Positions 1-8,875 of a DNA stretch of 22,359 nucleotides are shown piece after piece. Positions within the stretch are counted from its first letter, which is position 1. Every line of letters starts with the position of its first letter. The DNA is taken from positions 1 to 22,359 of the forward strand of contig JAYPJE010000062.1 in the NCBI GenBank assembly GCA_038128265.1. Reading direction: 5' to 3'. This DNA is from Gemmatimonadota bacterium. GTDB taxonomy: Bacteria > Latescibacterota > UBA2968 > UBA8231. The position numbers were made by a program, and so were the translations under genes. The notes beneath the pieces are model-generated. The model saw nothing but the letters and a program-made list of their open reading frames with translations, was not told the DNA's origin and ran no database searches.

Positions 1-1
1 C

Positions 2-39
2 CGACTGCCCTATTTTTTGGGCGGGCGTCTTTTTTATTT
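2..39 (+). terminator. Probable intrinsic terminator of an upstream gene (left arm probably clipped by the window edge)
   Basis: CTGCCC (5-10) pairs with GGGCGG (19-24, one G-U pair), with extra pairs 2-3/26-27, followed by TTTTTTATTT (30-39). Confidence 0.6.
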
Positions 40-77
40 CCCTCCCGGCGGATTCGCTTTTGCATTTTTCGTAAAAC

Positions 78-106
78 TTGACAATGGATAAATACCGCAG
101 TAAGAT
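78..106 (+). promoter_or_regulatory. Sigma70-type promoter for the EF-G paralog
   Basis: TTGACA (78-83, perfect -35), 17-nt spacer, TAAGAT (101-106). SD AAGGAG at 157-162 precedes ATG 171. Confidence 0.8.
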
Positions 107-170
107 AACCGTCCCTTCGCGATTGTATCCATGCGTTTGAAGCTCTTTCTCCGGGAAAGGAGTTTCCATT

Positions 171-2237
171 ATGGCTTATACCAGTGATAAGATCCGCAAT
201 ATTGCGCTGTGTGGACATAGCGGTGCTGGCAAGACGGCTCTGTCGGAGGCATTTGCCTTCAATATGGGTCTCGTCAACCGCTTGGGACGGGTCGAAGATG
301 GAACAACGCTGTCCGATTACGATAGTGGCGAAATTGAACGGCAAATATCGTTGAAGATATCCCTCATAAATGGTCAGTGGCAGGATTGGAACTTCAACTT
401 GATGGATACGCCGGGATACGCGGACTTTATTCCAGAAGCGCAGGCCGCAATGCGCGTAGCCGATGGTTCTGTTTCGGTGATTGACGCGACGACGGGTGCC
501 GAAATTGGCACGGAGCGCACGTGGAATTTTGCCGTTCAGTACCGCTTGCCGCGCCTGCTGTTTATCAATAAAGCCGATCGCTTCGAAGGCGATGCTGAAG
601 AGTTAGTAGAATCTCTGAGAGAGCGTTTTGGCCGCGAAGTGGTGGCATTGCAGATGCCGGTAAATCTCGGCGAAGGATTTAGTCAGATTATCGATATTGT
701 GGGAATGAAGCTGTATACCTACGCCGATGGCAAAGGGGCAGAAAGCGATATACCAGCGGACTGGCAAGACGCTGCTGCGGGTTTGCACGAACAGCTCGTA
801 GAGTCGGTGGCTGAAACCGACGAAGAGCTGATGGAAAAGTATTTTAGCGAGGGCGAGTTGAGTCGCGACGAGTTGGTCGCCGGATTAGGCAAAGCCGTCA
901 GGCAGCAAAATCTATTTCCCACATTTTTTGGCGATGCCTACAACAATGTGGGTGTCGACCTATTGATGCAGGGGATTGCCGACTACTTCCCATCGCCCTT
1001 AGAAGCGCCCGGCCTCGCCTACCAACGCGACGATGGCGAAGCGGTAGAAATGGCCACCGACGGTCCATTGGCCGCGCTGGTGTTTAAAACGCTCGTCGAG
1101 CAACACGTGGGTGAATTGAGCCTAGTGCGGCTTTTTGCAGGAACGATGAAACACGGCGACGAAGTGCAGAATAGCAGCAGAAATCTCAATGAGCGCATTG
1201 GGCAGGTCTACCACCTATGTGGCAATAAACGCACGGAAATAGAGCATGCGCAGATGGGCGATATCATCGCCCTGGTCAAGCTGAAAGACACGCATACGGG
1301 CAATACCCTGTGCGCCAAGGGGAGCGGCGTGCACATGCCCGGCATTGAGTATCCCGAACCGCTGATTCGCGTTGCGATCAGCGCCAAGGACAAAGGCGGG
1401 GAAGATCGCATGGCGACGGGTTTCGCCCAACTGCACGAAGAAGATCCCAGCTTTATCATGCGCTTTGACGGTGAAATTCGCCAATCGCTCCTACAGGCAC
1501 AGGGCGAATTGCACTTGGAAACCATCGTCAAACGCCTGCGCGAGCGATTCGGGGTAGAAGTGGATATGGAACCGCCGCGCATTCCCTACCGAGAGACCAT
1601 CCGCGGCCATGCCGATGGCAATTACAGACACAAAAAACAGTCAGGCGGCCGCGGCCAGTTTGGCGAAGTCGCGCTCAACATAAGCGCGCGGGAACGCGGC
1701 GAGGGCTTTGGATTCGAGAGCAAAGTCGTCGGCGGCAACATTCCCAGTAACTTTATTCCGGCCATAGAGAAGGGAATTGTAGAGACGCTAGAAGTGGGCC
1801 CCGTGGCCGGCTACAACGTCATAGACGTTGGCGTTACGGTGTTAGACGGCAAGTATCACGCCGTCGACTCTGATGAAGTATCGTTTAAAATTGCGGGTTC
1901 CAACGCGTTTAAAGATGCCTTTCTAAAGGCCAAGCCCATTTTGTTGGAGCCGATTTATAGCTTGGAAATTACGGTGCCCGAAGAGTATATGGGCGATGTA
2001 ATGGGCGATCTTTCGTCGCGCCGCGGTCGCATAAGCGGAATGGATGCGGACGGGCATTTTCAGGTTATTCACGCCGAAGCGCCGCTGGCCGAGATCGATC
2101 GCTACGCTACCAACCTGCGTTCTATGACGCACGGCAAGGGATTCCACACGCAGAAATTTGAGCGATATGAAGACGTTCCCGGCGATATTATGGCCAAGGT
2201 GGTAGAAGCGTCCAAGAAGGAAAAGGAAGCGGCCTAG
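171..2237 (+). CDS. fusA: Elongation factor G paralog (EF-G2/EF-G II type), 688 aa
   Basis: IRNIALCGHSGAGKT (G1), DTPGYADF (G3), NKAD (G4), EEDPSF, GELHLE, PYRETI, HKKQSGGRGQFG, YHAVDS, LLEPI and MGDVMGDLSSRRG cover all five EF-G domains. It is stand-alone (not in an rpsL-rpsG-fusA-tuf operon) and has divergent G motifs. Confidence 0.93.
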   Translation: MAYTSDKIRNIALCGHSGAGKTALSEAFAFNMGLVNRLGRVEDGTTLSDYDSGEIERQISLKISLINGQWQDWNFNLMDTPGYADFIPEAQAAMRVADGSVSVIDATTGAEIGTERTWNFAVQYRLPRLLFINKADRFEGDAEELVESLRERFGREVVALQMPVNLGEGFSQIIDIVGMKLYTYADGKGAESDIPADWQDAAAGLHEQLVESVAETDEELMEKYFSEGELSRDELVAGLGKAVRQQNLFPTFFGDAYNNVGVDLLMQGIADYFPSPLEAPGLAYQRDDGEAVEMATDGPLAALVFKTLVEQHVGELSLVRLFAGTMKHGDEVQNSSRNLNERIGQVYHLCGNKRTEIEHAQMGDIIALVKLKDTHTGNTLCAKGSGVHMPGIEYPEPLIRVAISAKDKGGEDRMATGFAQLHEEDPSFIMRFDGEIRQSLLQAQGELHLETIVKRLRERFGVEVDMEPPRIPYRETIRGHADGNYRHKKQSGGRGQFGEVALNISARERGEGFGFESKVVGGNIPSNFIPAIEKGIVETLEVGPVAGYNVIDVGVTVLDGKYHAVDSDEVSFKIAGSNAFKDAFLKAKPILLEPIYSLEITVPEEYMGDVMGDLSSRRGRISGMDADGHFQVIHAEAPLAEIDRYATNLRSMTHGKGFHTQKFERYEDVPGDIMAKVVEASKKEKEAA

Positions 2238-2269
2238 CGCGGTGATGGCATATCTTTTCGCCTGTAATT

Positions 2270-2308
2270 AGGAGTGGTTGTCGACAGAACAACCACTCCT
2301 TTTGCTTT
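2270..2308 (+). terminator. Intrinsic terminator after the EF-G paralog
   Basis: Perfect 12-bp inverted repeat AGGAGTGGTTGT (2270-2281)/ACAACCACTCCT (2289-2300), 7-nt loop, then TTTGCTTT. Confidence 0.85.
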
Positions 2309-2410
2309 GTGCCTAAGCGCATATAGCTATTTGATTTTTCTATTGTTTTAACTTTTCTTTGAATACGGATTCACGCAAAATAACGGTACGTTCTGCCCAA
2401 GGAGCTTCCT

Positions 2411-3172
2411 ATGTCTGGCCACTCCAAATGGAGTACCATCAAGCGCAAAAAGGGTGCTAATGACGCCAAGCGCGGCAAGATTTTTACGAAGATTATTCGC
2501 GAAATAACGGTGGCTGCGCGCGATGGGGGCGGGGACGAAAATGCCAATGTGCGCCTGCGCACTGCGATACAAAATGCCAAGGCGGCCAATATGCCGCTGA
2601 CGACGATTGAGCGCGCCGTCAAGCGCGGCACAGGCGAAGAGGAAGGCGCGGTGTACGAGGAGGGTCTTTTTGAAGGCTATGGGCCCGGTGGCGTAGCCGT
2701 CATCGTCGAGACGCTGACCGACAACCGCAACCGCACCGTATCGGAAGTGCGCCACGCCTTCACCAAGTACAACGGCAACCTTGGTGAGAGCGGTTCGGTG
2801 GCGTGGATGTTTGAACAGAAGGGCGTGCTGGAGGTGGCAAAAGAGCGCATCGGCGAAGACGATTTGCTAATGGCCGTTATGGACGCTGGTGCCGAAGATA
2901 TTCAGGATGGCGACGAAATACACGAAGTCGTTGCGCCCGTAACTGATTTTGAAGCGGTGAAGAAGGCGCTGGAAGAGGGTGGAATCGAGTTTGGACAGGC
3001 TTCGCTGGCGTGGATGCCCAAAAGCGAGAACGTCCTCGAAGTGCAGGGAGACCAGGCCGAAAAAATAATTCGCCTGCTCGAGGCATTGGAAGATCTAGAC
3101 GACGTGCAAAAGGTGTATTCAAACTTCGATCTCCAGGAAGATGCGCTGCAGCAGCTAATGGCGCAGGCCTGA
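2411..3172 (+). CDS. yebC: YebC/PmpR family protein, 253 aa
   Basis: MSGHSKWSTIKRKKGANDAKRGKIFTK, EGYGPGGVA, TDNRNRT and LEDLDDVQKVYSN. SD AAGGAG at 2399-2404. Classic position upstream of ruvCAB. Confidence 0.97.
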   Translation: MSGHSKWSTIKRKKGANDAKRGKIFTKIIREITVAARDGGGDENANVRLRTAIQNAKAANMPLTTIERAVKRGTGEEEGAVYEEGLFEGYGPGGVAVIVETLTDNRNRTVSEVRHAFTKYNGNLGESGSVAWMFEQKGVLEVAKERIGEDDLLMAVMDAGAEDIQDGDEIHEVVAPVTDFEAVKKALEEGGIEFGQASLAWMPKSENVLEVQGDQAEKIIRLLEALEDLDDVQKVYSNFDLQEDALQQLMAQA

Positions 3173-3197
3173 TGGGGGCGTCGCACTGCTGGCGTGA

Positions 3198-3749
3198 GTG
3201 CGCTCTGTGCTAGTCGTTGGCGTCGACCCCAGCAGCACGAGCACGGGGTACGGGGTGATCGAGTACGACAGGCGCCAATGCCGGTACATAGACTGTGGCT
3301 GCATTCGTCCCAAGACGGGGCTCGCCTTTGAAGATCGCCTGGTCTTCATATACGATCGAATGCGGGAAGTGCTGAGCGAGTTTGCTCCACAAGAAGCGGC
3401 CATCGAAAGCACGTTTTTTGGCAAGGACGCCGACGCCGCAGCCAAACTCGGACAGGCGCGCGGGGTGCTGCTGCTGGCCCTGCGGCAGGCGGATTTGCCC
3501 GTCGAACACTATACGCCCGCATCGGTTAAGAAGTCGGTGGCGGGCAACGGTCGGGCCAGCAAAGAGCGGGTCCAATTTATGGTAGCGCGCCTGTTGGGAT
3601 TGCGCGAGCTGCCAGCGCCGCTCGATGCATCGGACGCGTTGGCCATTGCCCTTTGTCATCTGCGCCGTCCCGACGTGGCTTTGCAGGGCATGCAAAAGGC
3701 GCGTCGGCCCGAAGTCGAAGCGCTTCTCAAACGCGTAGTGCGTCGCTAA
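3198..3749 (+). CDS. ruvC: Holliday junction resolvase RuvC (GTG start at 3198 or 3207)
   Basis: VVGVDPSSTSTGYGVI, AIESTFF, LGQARGV, YTPASVKKSVAGNGRASKERV and DASDALAIALCH contain the catalytic D/E/D/D residues. Confidence 0.96.
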   Translation: MRSVLVVGVDPSSTSTGYGVIEYDRRQCRYIDCGCIRPKTGLAFEDRLVFIYDRMREVLSEFAPQEAAIESTFFGKDADAAAKLGQARGVLLLALRQADLPVEHYTPASVKKSVAGNGRASKERVQFMVARLLGLRELPAPLDASDALAIALCHLRRPDVALQGMQKARRPEVEALLKRVVRR

Positions 3750-3773
3750 TACACGCGTGAGTTCTCGTTGAAT

Positions 3774-4367
3774 ATGATTTCCTATTTGCGCGGAAAACTG
3801 GCTTTTAAGGCACCCATGCAAGCCGTTATTGATGTGGGTGGTGTCGGCTATGGTGTGTCGATCTCATTGGTCACATACGACCAGCTGCCCCCATTAGAGG
3901 GCGACGTGCGCCTCTTCACGCATATGCACGTGCGCGAGGATCGCATGGAACTCTTCGCCTTTGCCGACGAAAACGAGCGCGCGGTATTTGAGATGCTCAT
4001 CGGCGTATCGGGCATAGGGCCCAGCTTGGCATTGACCGTGCTGTCTGGAATGTCGCTGCGCGATTTGCAAGAGGCCATTGCCAACGAACGCGTGAGCGAG
4101 TTGACTAGCATAAAGGGCATAGGCAAGCGCACGGCAGAGCGCTTGGTGCTCGATCTGCGCGACAAGATCAGCGTGGATGCGCCGGCGGCGGGCGGTGCCG
4201 AAGGAGGCGCCACTGGCACAGCTACGAGTGAAGAAGCCGCCATGGCGCTTATGGCGCTGGGCATGTCCCCTTCCGAAGCGCGCCAGGCCGTGCGCAAAGC
4301 AACCGAACGTCACGGTGGCGATTTAACCGTGCAGCAGTTGATTAAGTTTGCCCTCAAGGAGCGCTAG
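3774..4367 (+). CDS. ruvA: Holliday junction branch migration protein RuvA, 197 aa from ATG 3774
   Basis: MISYLRGKL, VIDVGGVGYGV, HVRED, HhH motifs LIGVSGIGP and IKGIGKRTAERLVLDL, and a C-terminal domain III (ALMALG). Confidence 0.96.
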   Translation: MISYLRGKLAFKAPMQAVIDVGGVGYGVSISLVTYDQLPPLEGDVRLFTHMHVREDRMELFAFADENERAVFEMLIGVSGIGPSLALTVLSGMSLRDLQEAIANERVSELTSIKGIGKRTAERLVLDLRDKISVDAPAAGGAEGGATGTATSEEAAMALMALGMSPSEARQAVRKATERHGGDLTVQQLIKFALKER

Positions 4368-4384
4368 CGGCGCATGCTATTGCC

Positions 4385-5413
4385 ATGGTAGATCGCCCGA
4401 TTGATCCCGGAGCCGACGGCGAGGATCGAGAGTTTGATACGACGCTGCGCCCGACATCTCTCAAGGAGATGCTGGGGCAAGAAAAGACCAAGAAGCAGCT
4501 GCGCATCGCCATTGAAGCGGCCAAACAGCGATCCGAGGCCATGGACCACGTGCTGCTGCACGGACCGCCCGGCCTTGGCAAGACCACGCTGGCCCACGTC
4601 GTAGCGCGCGAACTGGGCGTCGATATCCACGAAACATCTGGTCCCCTGCTCGACCGACCAACTGACTTGGCCGGCGTGCTGACCGCGTTGGGCCCCAGAG
4701 ATGTGCTGTTTATAGACGAAGTGCACAGGGTCAACCGCGTCGTAGAAGAATACCTCTACTCGGCAATGGAGGACTATAAAATCGACATCATGATCGACCA
4801 GGGGCCAGCGGCTCGTTCGGTTAGCGTGCCGCTCGAACCGTTTACGTTGATTGGCGCAACGACGCGGCAGGGGCTGCTCACTTCGCCGATGCGCGCGCGC
4901 TTTGGCATATCGGCCCACCTGGACTATTACGCGGTGGAAGAACTGGCGCAGATTGTCAGCCGCGACGCCCATCTGCTCGGTTTTTCGCTTGATGAAGAGG
5001 GGGCGTTAGAAGTTGCGCGTCGCTCGCGCGGTACAGCGCGCATTGCCAAGCGCTGGCTGCGCCGCGCGCGCGACTATGCTCAGGTAGAAGGTTCGGGTGT
5101 CGTAGATGCTCATATCGTCGAAGAGGCGTTGAGCGTGCACAACGTCGATCGAGTTGGTCTCGACGAGATGGATTTGAGCCTGCTGCGAGCCATTATTGAG
5201 AAATTCAACGGCGGTCCAGTGGGATTGAGTAATCTGGCGGCGGTGATTGGCGAAGAGGAAGAGACGCTTGAAGAAGTCGTCGAGCCATACCTAATAAAAG
5301 AGGGCTTTGTCAAACGGACGCCCCGCGGGCGCGTGGTTATGCCGCGCGCCTATCAGCACCTGGGCATGGAGGTGCCGAACACATCGGAAAATGGTCAGCT
5401 GGGTCTACTTTGA
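4385..5413 (+). CDS. ruvB: Holliday junction branch migration ATPase RuvB, 342 aa
   Basis: LRP, DHVLLHGPPGLGKTTLA (Walker A), LFIDEVHR (Walker B), FTLIGATTR, EPYLIKEGFVKRTPRGR. Confidence 0.98.
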   Translation: MVDRPIDPGADGEDREFDTTLRPTSLKEMLGQEKTKKQLRIAIEAAKQRSEAMDHVLLHGPPGLGKTTLAHVVARELGVDIHETSGPLLDRPTDLAGVLTALGPRDVLFIDEVHRVNRVVEEYLYSAMEDYKIDIMIDQGPAARSVSVPLEPFTLIGATTRQGLLTSPMRARFGISAHLDYYAVEELAQIVSRDAHLLGFSLDEEGALEVARRSRGTARIAKRWLRRARDYAQVEGSGVVDAHIVEEALSVHNVDRVGLDEMDLSLLRAIIEKFNGGPVGLSNLAAVIGEEEETLEEVVEPYLIKEGFVKRTPRGRVVMPRAYQHLGMEVPNTSENGQLGLL

Positions 5414-6093
5414 TACTCGGGATCGACACGTCGACGCAGGTGGGTAGCGTCGCTCTGGTAGCGCGTGAGCGCGTGGTGGTCAGCCGCTATTTTGATATCG
5501 GCTTGCAGCATTCGCAGCAGCTCTTTGCGGAAATAGAGCACGCCTGTGGTATGGCCGGTTGCTCTGTTGCAGACCTTGCGGCCATCGGCGTCACCTCCGG
5601 CCCCGGATCGTTTACGGGCGTTCGCATCGGCCTGGCCGCGGCCAAGGGCCTGTGTCTTGTCGACGACAAGCCGCTCGTGGCGGTTTCGACGCTGGCGGCA
5701 CTGGCGGCCGGCTTGCCCTGTGTTGCCGATCCGGTGTGCGCGCTGCTCGATGCGCGTAAAGAGCAGGTCTATGCGGGTTTGTACGATAATTCCGGCGGCT
5801 TGCCCGTTGAGTTGGCAGCTCCTCGGGCGGTTGATCCAAGCGTGTTGGTCGCCGAACGGGCGGGCCAGCGCACGCTCTACATCGGCGATGGGGCCGACGC
5901 CTACTCGGCCTTAATTGATGCCACTCCCGAGGCTCGTCGCGTGCCGTTTCACTGTGCCCGGCCACATGCGGCGGCAGTGGGCGCGCTCGCCTGGGAGCTG
6001 TTCGAGCGGGGTGAAGTAGCGGATCTGGATGCGATCGAGCCCGACTATTTGCGCGCGCCCGATGCAGCTATTTCCACAAAAAAGCCGCTTTGA
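5410..6093 (+). CDS. tsaB: tRNA threonylcarbamoyladenosine biosynthesis protein TsaB, 227 aa
   Basis: ILGIDTST, HSQQL, GPGSFTGVRIG, DARKEQVY, EPDYLR. The TTG start overlaps the ruvB stop (TTGA). Confidence 0.95.
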   Translation: MILGIDTSTQVGSVALVARERVVVSRYFDIGLQHSQQLFAEIEHACGMAGCSVADLAAIGVTSGPGSFTGVRIGLAAAKGLCLVDDKPLVAVSTLAALAAGLPCVADPVCALLDARKEQVYAGLYDNSGGLPVELAAPRAVDPSVLVAERAGQRTLYIGDGADAYSALIDATPEARRVPFHCARPHAAAVGALAWELFERGEVADLDAIEPDYLRAPDAAISTKKPL

Positions 6094-6109
6094 GCTAGGG
6101 CATCGACCG

Positions 6110-6559
6110 GTGCAATCGGCGTGGTCGTTTGTTCATCTCCAATGCTCCCATTTAGCCGCCGTCAGCGGGGTCGAGTGCGACTCGTTTGCCCAGCCTTGGC
6201 CCGTTGACCACTTTCGCGCGGTGCTGTCCGATGAGCATGCTCTGTGCATGGGCGTCGTCGCTCGGGACGCGTTGGTGGCCTATGCCCTCGGCCATGTAGA
6301 AGACCGCAGCTTTCACCTAGCGAGTATGGCTGTCGCGCCGACCAGTCGTCGCTGCGGCATAGGTGAAGCCCTGCTGCGCTACGCGCTAGGCGAAGCGGCA
6401 CGACGCGGATGTGCAACGTGCACCTTGGAAGTGCGCGCCGGCAATGCGGCGGCGTTGGCGCTGTATCGGAAGCTAGGGTTTGCACAGCGAAAAAGGATGG
6501 AACGCTACTACGACGAGCCGCGCGAGGATGGACTTGAACTCGCGCTGTGTCTGGCGTAG
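6110..6559 (+). CDS. rimI: RimI-type GNAT acetyltransferase (start uncertain; GTG 6110 preferred over the ORF-track start 6029)
   Basis: E..SFAQPW, MAVAPTSRRCGIGEALL (acetyl-CoA motif A), LEVRAGNAAALALYRKLGF, RYYDEPREDG. Lies directly after tsaB, a common arrangement. Confidence 0.85.
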   Translation: MQSAWSFVHLQCSHLAAVSGVECDSFAQPWPVDHFRAVLSDEHALCMGVVARDALVAYALGHVEDRSFHLASMAVAPTSRRCGIGEALLRYALGEAARRGCATCTLEVRAGNAAALALYRKLGFAQRKRMERYYDEPREDGLELALCLA

Positions 6560-6564
6560 AATTG

Positions 6565-6593
6565 TTGTCAATATTGTCTTAATTTATTATGCT
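6565..6593 (+). promoter_or_regulatory. Sigma70-type internal promoter upstream of the ABC ATPase
   Basis: TTGTCA (6565-6570), 17 nt, TATGCT (6588-6593) in an AT-rich intergenic patch. A purine-rich SD (GGGAGAGG) precedes ATG 6647. Confidence 0.65.
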
Positions 6594-6646
6594 CTTCTGG
6601 GCAAAATAGACGCGTATTTCACACTAACGGAAGCGGGAGAGGCGCG

Positions 6647-7750
6647 ATGGCCGAGGTCATTCTCAAAAGTGTGCGCAAAGTATACGATAAAGATGTCGTG
6701 GCGGTGGACGGTGCGGACATCGAGATCAAAGACAAGGAATTCGTCGTCCTCGTTGGTCCTTCGGGCTGCGGAAAGTCCACGACGCTGCGCATGATCGCCG
6801 GTTTAGAGGAAATAAGCGCGGGCGAAATTTACATAGACGGCACGCTGGTCAACGATATACCGCCGAAAGATCGCGATATCGCCATGGTCTTCCAAAACTA
6901 CGCGCTCTATCCGCATATGACGGTGTACCAGAATATGGCTTTCGGACTTAAGCTGCGGAAATATCCCAAGGACGAGATCGATGCGCGCGTCCAGGAAGCA
7001 GCCGATATCCTCGGCATCCAAGAACTGCTCGAGCGCAAGCCCAAGGCCCTGTCGGGCGGTCAGCGCCAGCGCGTGGCCGTCGGGCGCGCCATCGTGCGCA
7101 AGCCCAAGGTCTTTCTCTTTGACGAGCCGCTGTCCAATCTCGATGCCAAACTGCGCGTCCAGATGCGCGCTGAGATCAGCAAGCTGCACACGCGGCTCGA
7201 GGCCACGATGATTTACGTGACGCACGACCAGACCGAAGCCATGACGATGGGGGACCGCATCGTCGTTATGAAAGACGGCAAAATTCAGCAGATCGATGCA
7301 CCGCTCAGCCTGTATAACGAGCCGGTTAATCAGTTTGTAGCCGGCTTTATCGGCAGTCCTTCAATGAACTTTATTCGCGGTAAACTGGTGGCCAACGGCA
7401 GTGGATTGGTATTTGATGAAGGGCACCTCAAGATCGCTCTTCCCGCCAGCTACACCGACAAATTGAACGGCCATGCGGATCGGGAGGTCATCATGGGGAT
7501 TCGCCCCGAAGATATTCACGACCCCGACACGATGGCGCGCGACGTTGATACGGTGGAAATAGAGGCCAAAGTCGAGGTCGTTGAACCGATGGGCAACGAA
7601 GTCTTCCTCAATCTGACAACGGGCAAGTCCGCTTTTGTTGCGCGCATAGATCCGCGCCATATGCCGGAGGTTGAGCAGACGGTAAAACTGGCGGTAGAAG
7701 TCGACAAGGCGCATTTCTTCGACTTGGACGACGAGACAAGTCTGGTTTAA
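6647..7750 (+). CDS. Carbohydrate (CUT1) ABC transporter ATP-binding subunit, MalK/UgpC/MsmX family, 367 aa
   Basis: GPSGCGKST (Walker A), MVFQNYALYPHMTV (Q-loop), LSGGQRQRVA (signature), FLFDEPLSNLDAKLR (Walker B/D-loop), YVTHDQ, FVAGFIGSPSMN, and C-terminal TOBE/OB domains (GIRPED, VEVVEPMG). Confidence 0.95.
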   Translation: MAEVILKSVRKVYDKDVVAVDGADIEIKDKEFVVLVGPSGCGKSTTLRMIAGLEEISAGEIYIDGTLVNDIPPKDRDIAMVFQNYALYPHMTVYQNMAFGLKLRKYPKDEIDARVQEAADILGIQELLERKPKALSGGQRQRVAVGRAIVRKPKVFLFDEPLSNLDAKLRVQMRAEISKLHTRLEATMIYVTHDQTEAMTMGDRIVVMKDGKIQQIDAPLSLYNEPVNQFVAGFIGSPSMNFIRGKLVANGSGLVFDEGHLKIALPASYTDKLNGHADREVIMGIRPEDIHDPDTMARDVDTVEIEAKVEVVEPMGNEVFLNLTTGKSAFVARIDPRHMPEVEQTVKLAVEVDKAHFFDLDDETSLV

Positions 7751-7804
7751 GTCCGTCTACTGACCCGCCAAAGGGCAGTGCGGCATTGAGAAGGGGTTAG
7801 TCCT

Positions 7805-8875
7805 TTGGCGTTTGAATCGGTCGTCGGTCAAGAGCGCGCTCGGGCGATTGCCGAGGCGTGGCTTCGCTCGGGGCGCATTCCTCATGCCATACTGCTGTGT
7901 GGCCCCGAGGGTGTGGGCAAGCGCCAATTTGCCCTGGCCCTAGCCGGTGCGCTGCTCTGCGCAGAGCAGCGCATGCTCGCCTGCGGTGCGTGTCCGTCGT
8001 GCCGCCAGATGGCAGGCGGCTCCCACCCCGACCTCCATTTTCTTTTGCCTCTGCGTGCCAAGCGCGGGCGCAAATCACTCGATCCGCAAGAAATACGCGC
8101 GGCGGCGCAAGACTATCTGAGCGGAGGTGAGCTCGGAGGGCAGACCAATATCGCCATAGAGCAGCTGCGCCAGATGCAGCGCGATATGAGCTATGCGCCT
8201 AGCGCGGGCGGACGCAAAGTCGCGGTGATCTTTGCCGCCGAGCGCATGCACCCGGCCGGCGCCAATTCGCTGCTGAAAATTCTAGAAGAACCCCTGGCTG
8301 ATTCTCTTTTGATACTGGTGTCATCGGCGCCCGAACGCATGCTGCCAACGGTTCTGTCGCGCTGTCAGCGTCTGGCTCTGCGCCCCCTGAGTGCGCAGGT
8401 CGTGCGCGCTGAGCTAGAGGCCATGCGCGTGACCGGCCCAGCGTTGGAGCTGGGGGTGCGCTTGGGAGGGGGCAGCGTGCAGCGGGCCCGCGCTGCGGCA
8501 ACGGGCGCATGGGATGAAACCCGCGATCGAGTGGAGCAGTTTATCGAGGCCGGACTGCGCTGTGAGGATGCGGTATACTGGGACACGGTGGAAGAGCTGG
8601 CGGGCGACCGACCGCTGCAAGACCAGTTTTTGGAACTATGTGCGCTGTATCTGCGCGACGTTTTTCTATTGCACCACGCGCGGGACGGAGCGGGTACCAT
8701 GGTCGATCGCAGCGCGTACTGTGCACGGGTGGGAAACGCGCTGGACGGCGACTCTATCGAACGCGCCATGTTGGAGATCGATCGCGCCGCTGAAGCAATG
8801 GAGCGCAATGCGAGTCTTCAACTGGTGCTCAGCGATCTGTGGCGCTGTTTGCGACGCGCCGGCCGCGCTGCCTAA
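7805..8875 (+). CDS. holB: DNA polymerase III delta' subunit, 356 aa (TTG start)
   Basis: VVGQE, HAILLCGPEGVGK, Zn module LLC..ACGACPSC, HPDLH, ANSLLKILEEP, LPTVLSRCQ (SRC motif). Confidence 0.9.
   Translation: MAFESVVGQERARAIAEAWLRSGRIPHAILLCGPEGVGKRQFALALAGALLCAEQRMLACGACPSCRQMAGGSHPDLHFLLPLRAKRGRKSLDPQEIRAAAQDYLSGGELGGQTNIAIEQLRQMQRDMSYAPSAGGRKVAVIFAAERMHPAGANSLLKILEEPLADSLLILVSSAPERMLPTVLSRCQRLALRPLSAQVVRAELEAMRVTGPALELGVRLGGGSVQRARAAATGAWDETRDRVEQFIEAGLRCEDAVYWDTVEELAGDRPLQDQFLELCALYLRDVFLLHHARDGAGTMVDRSAYCARVGNALDGDSIERAMLEIDRAAEAMERNASLQLVLSDLWRCLRRAGRAA

Noticed and set aside
2310..2400. AT-rich region before yebC as a definable promoter
   Set aside because: A promoter is likely present after the terminator, but I could not find a convincing -35/-10 pair with correct spacing.
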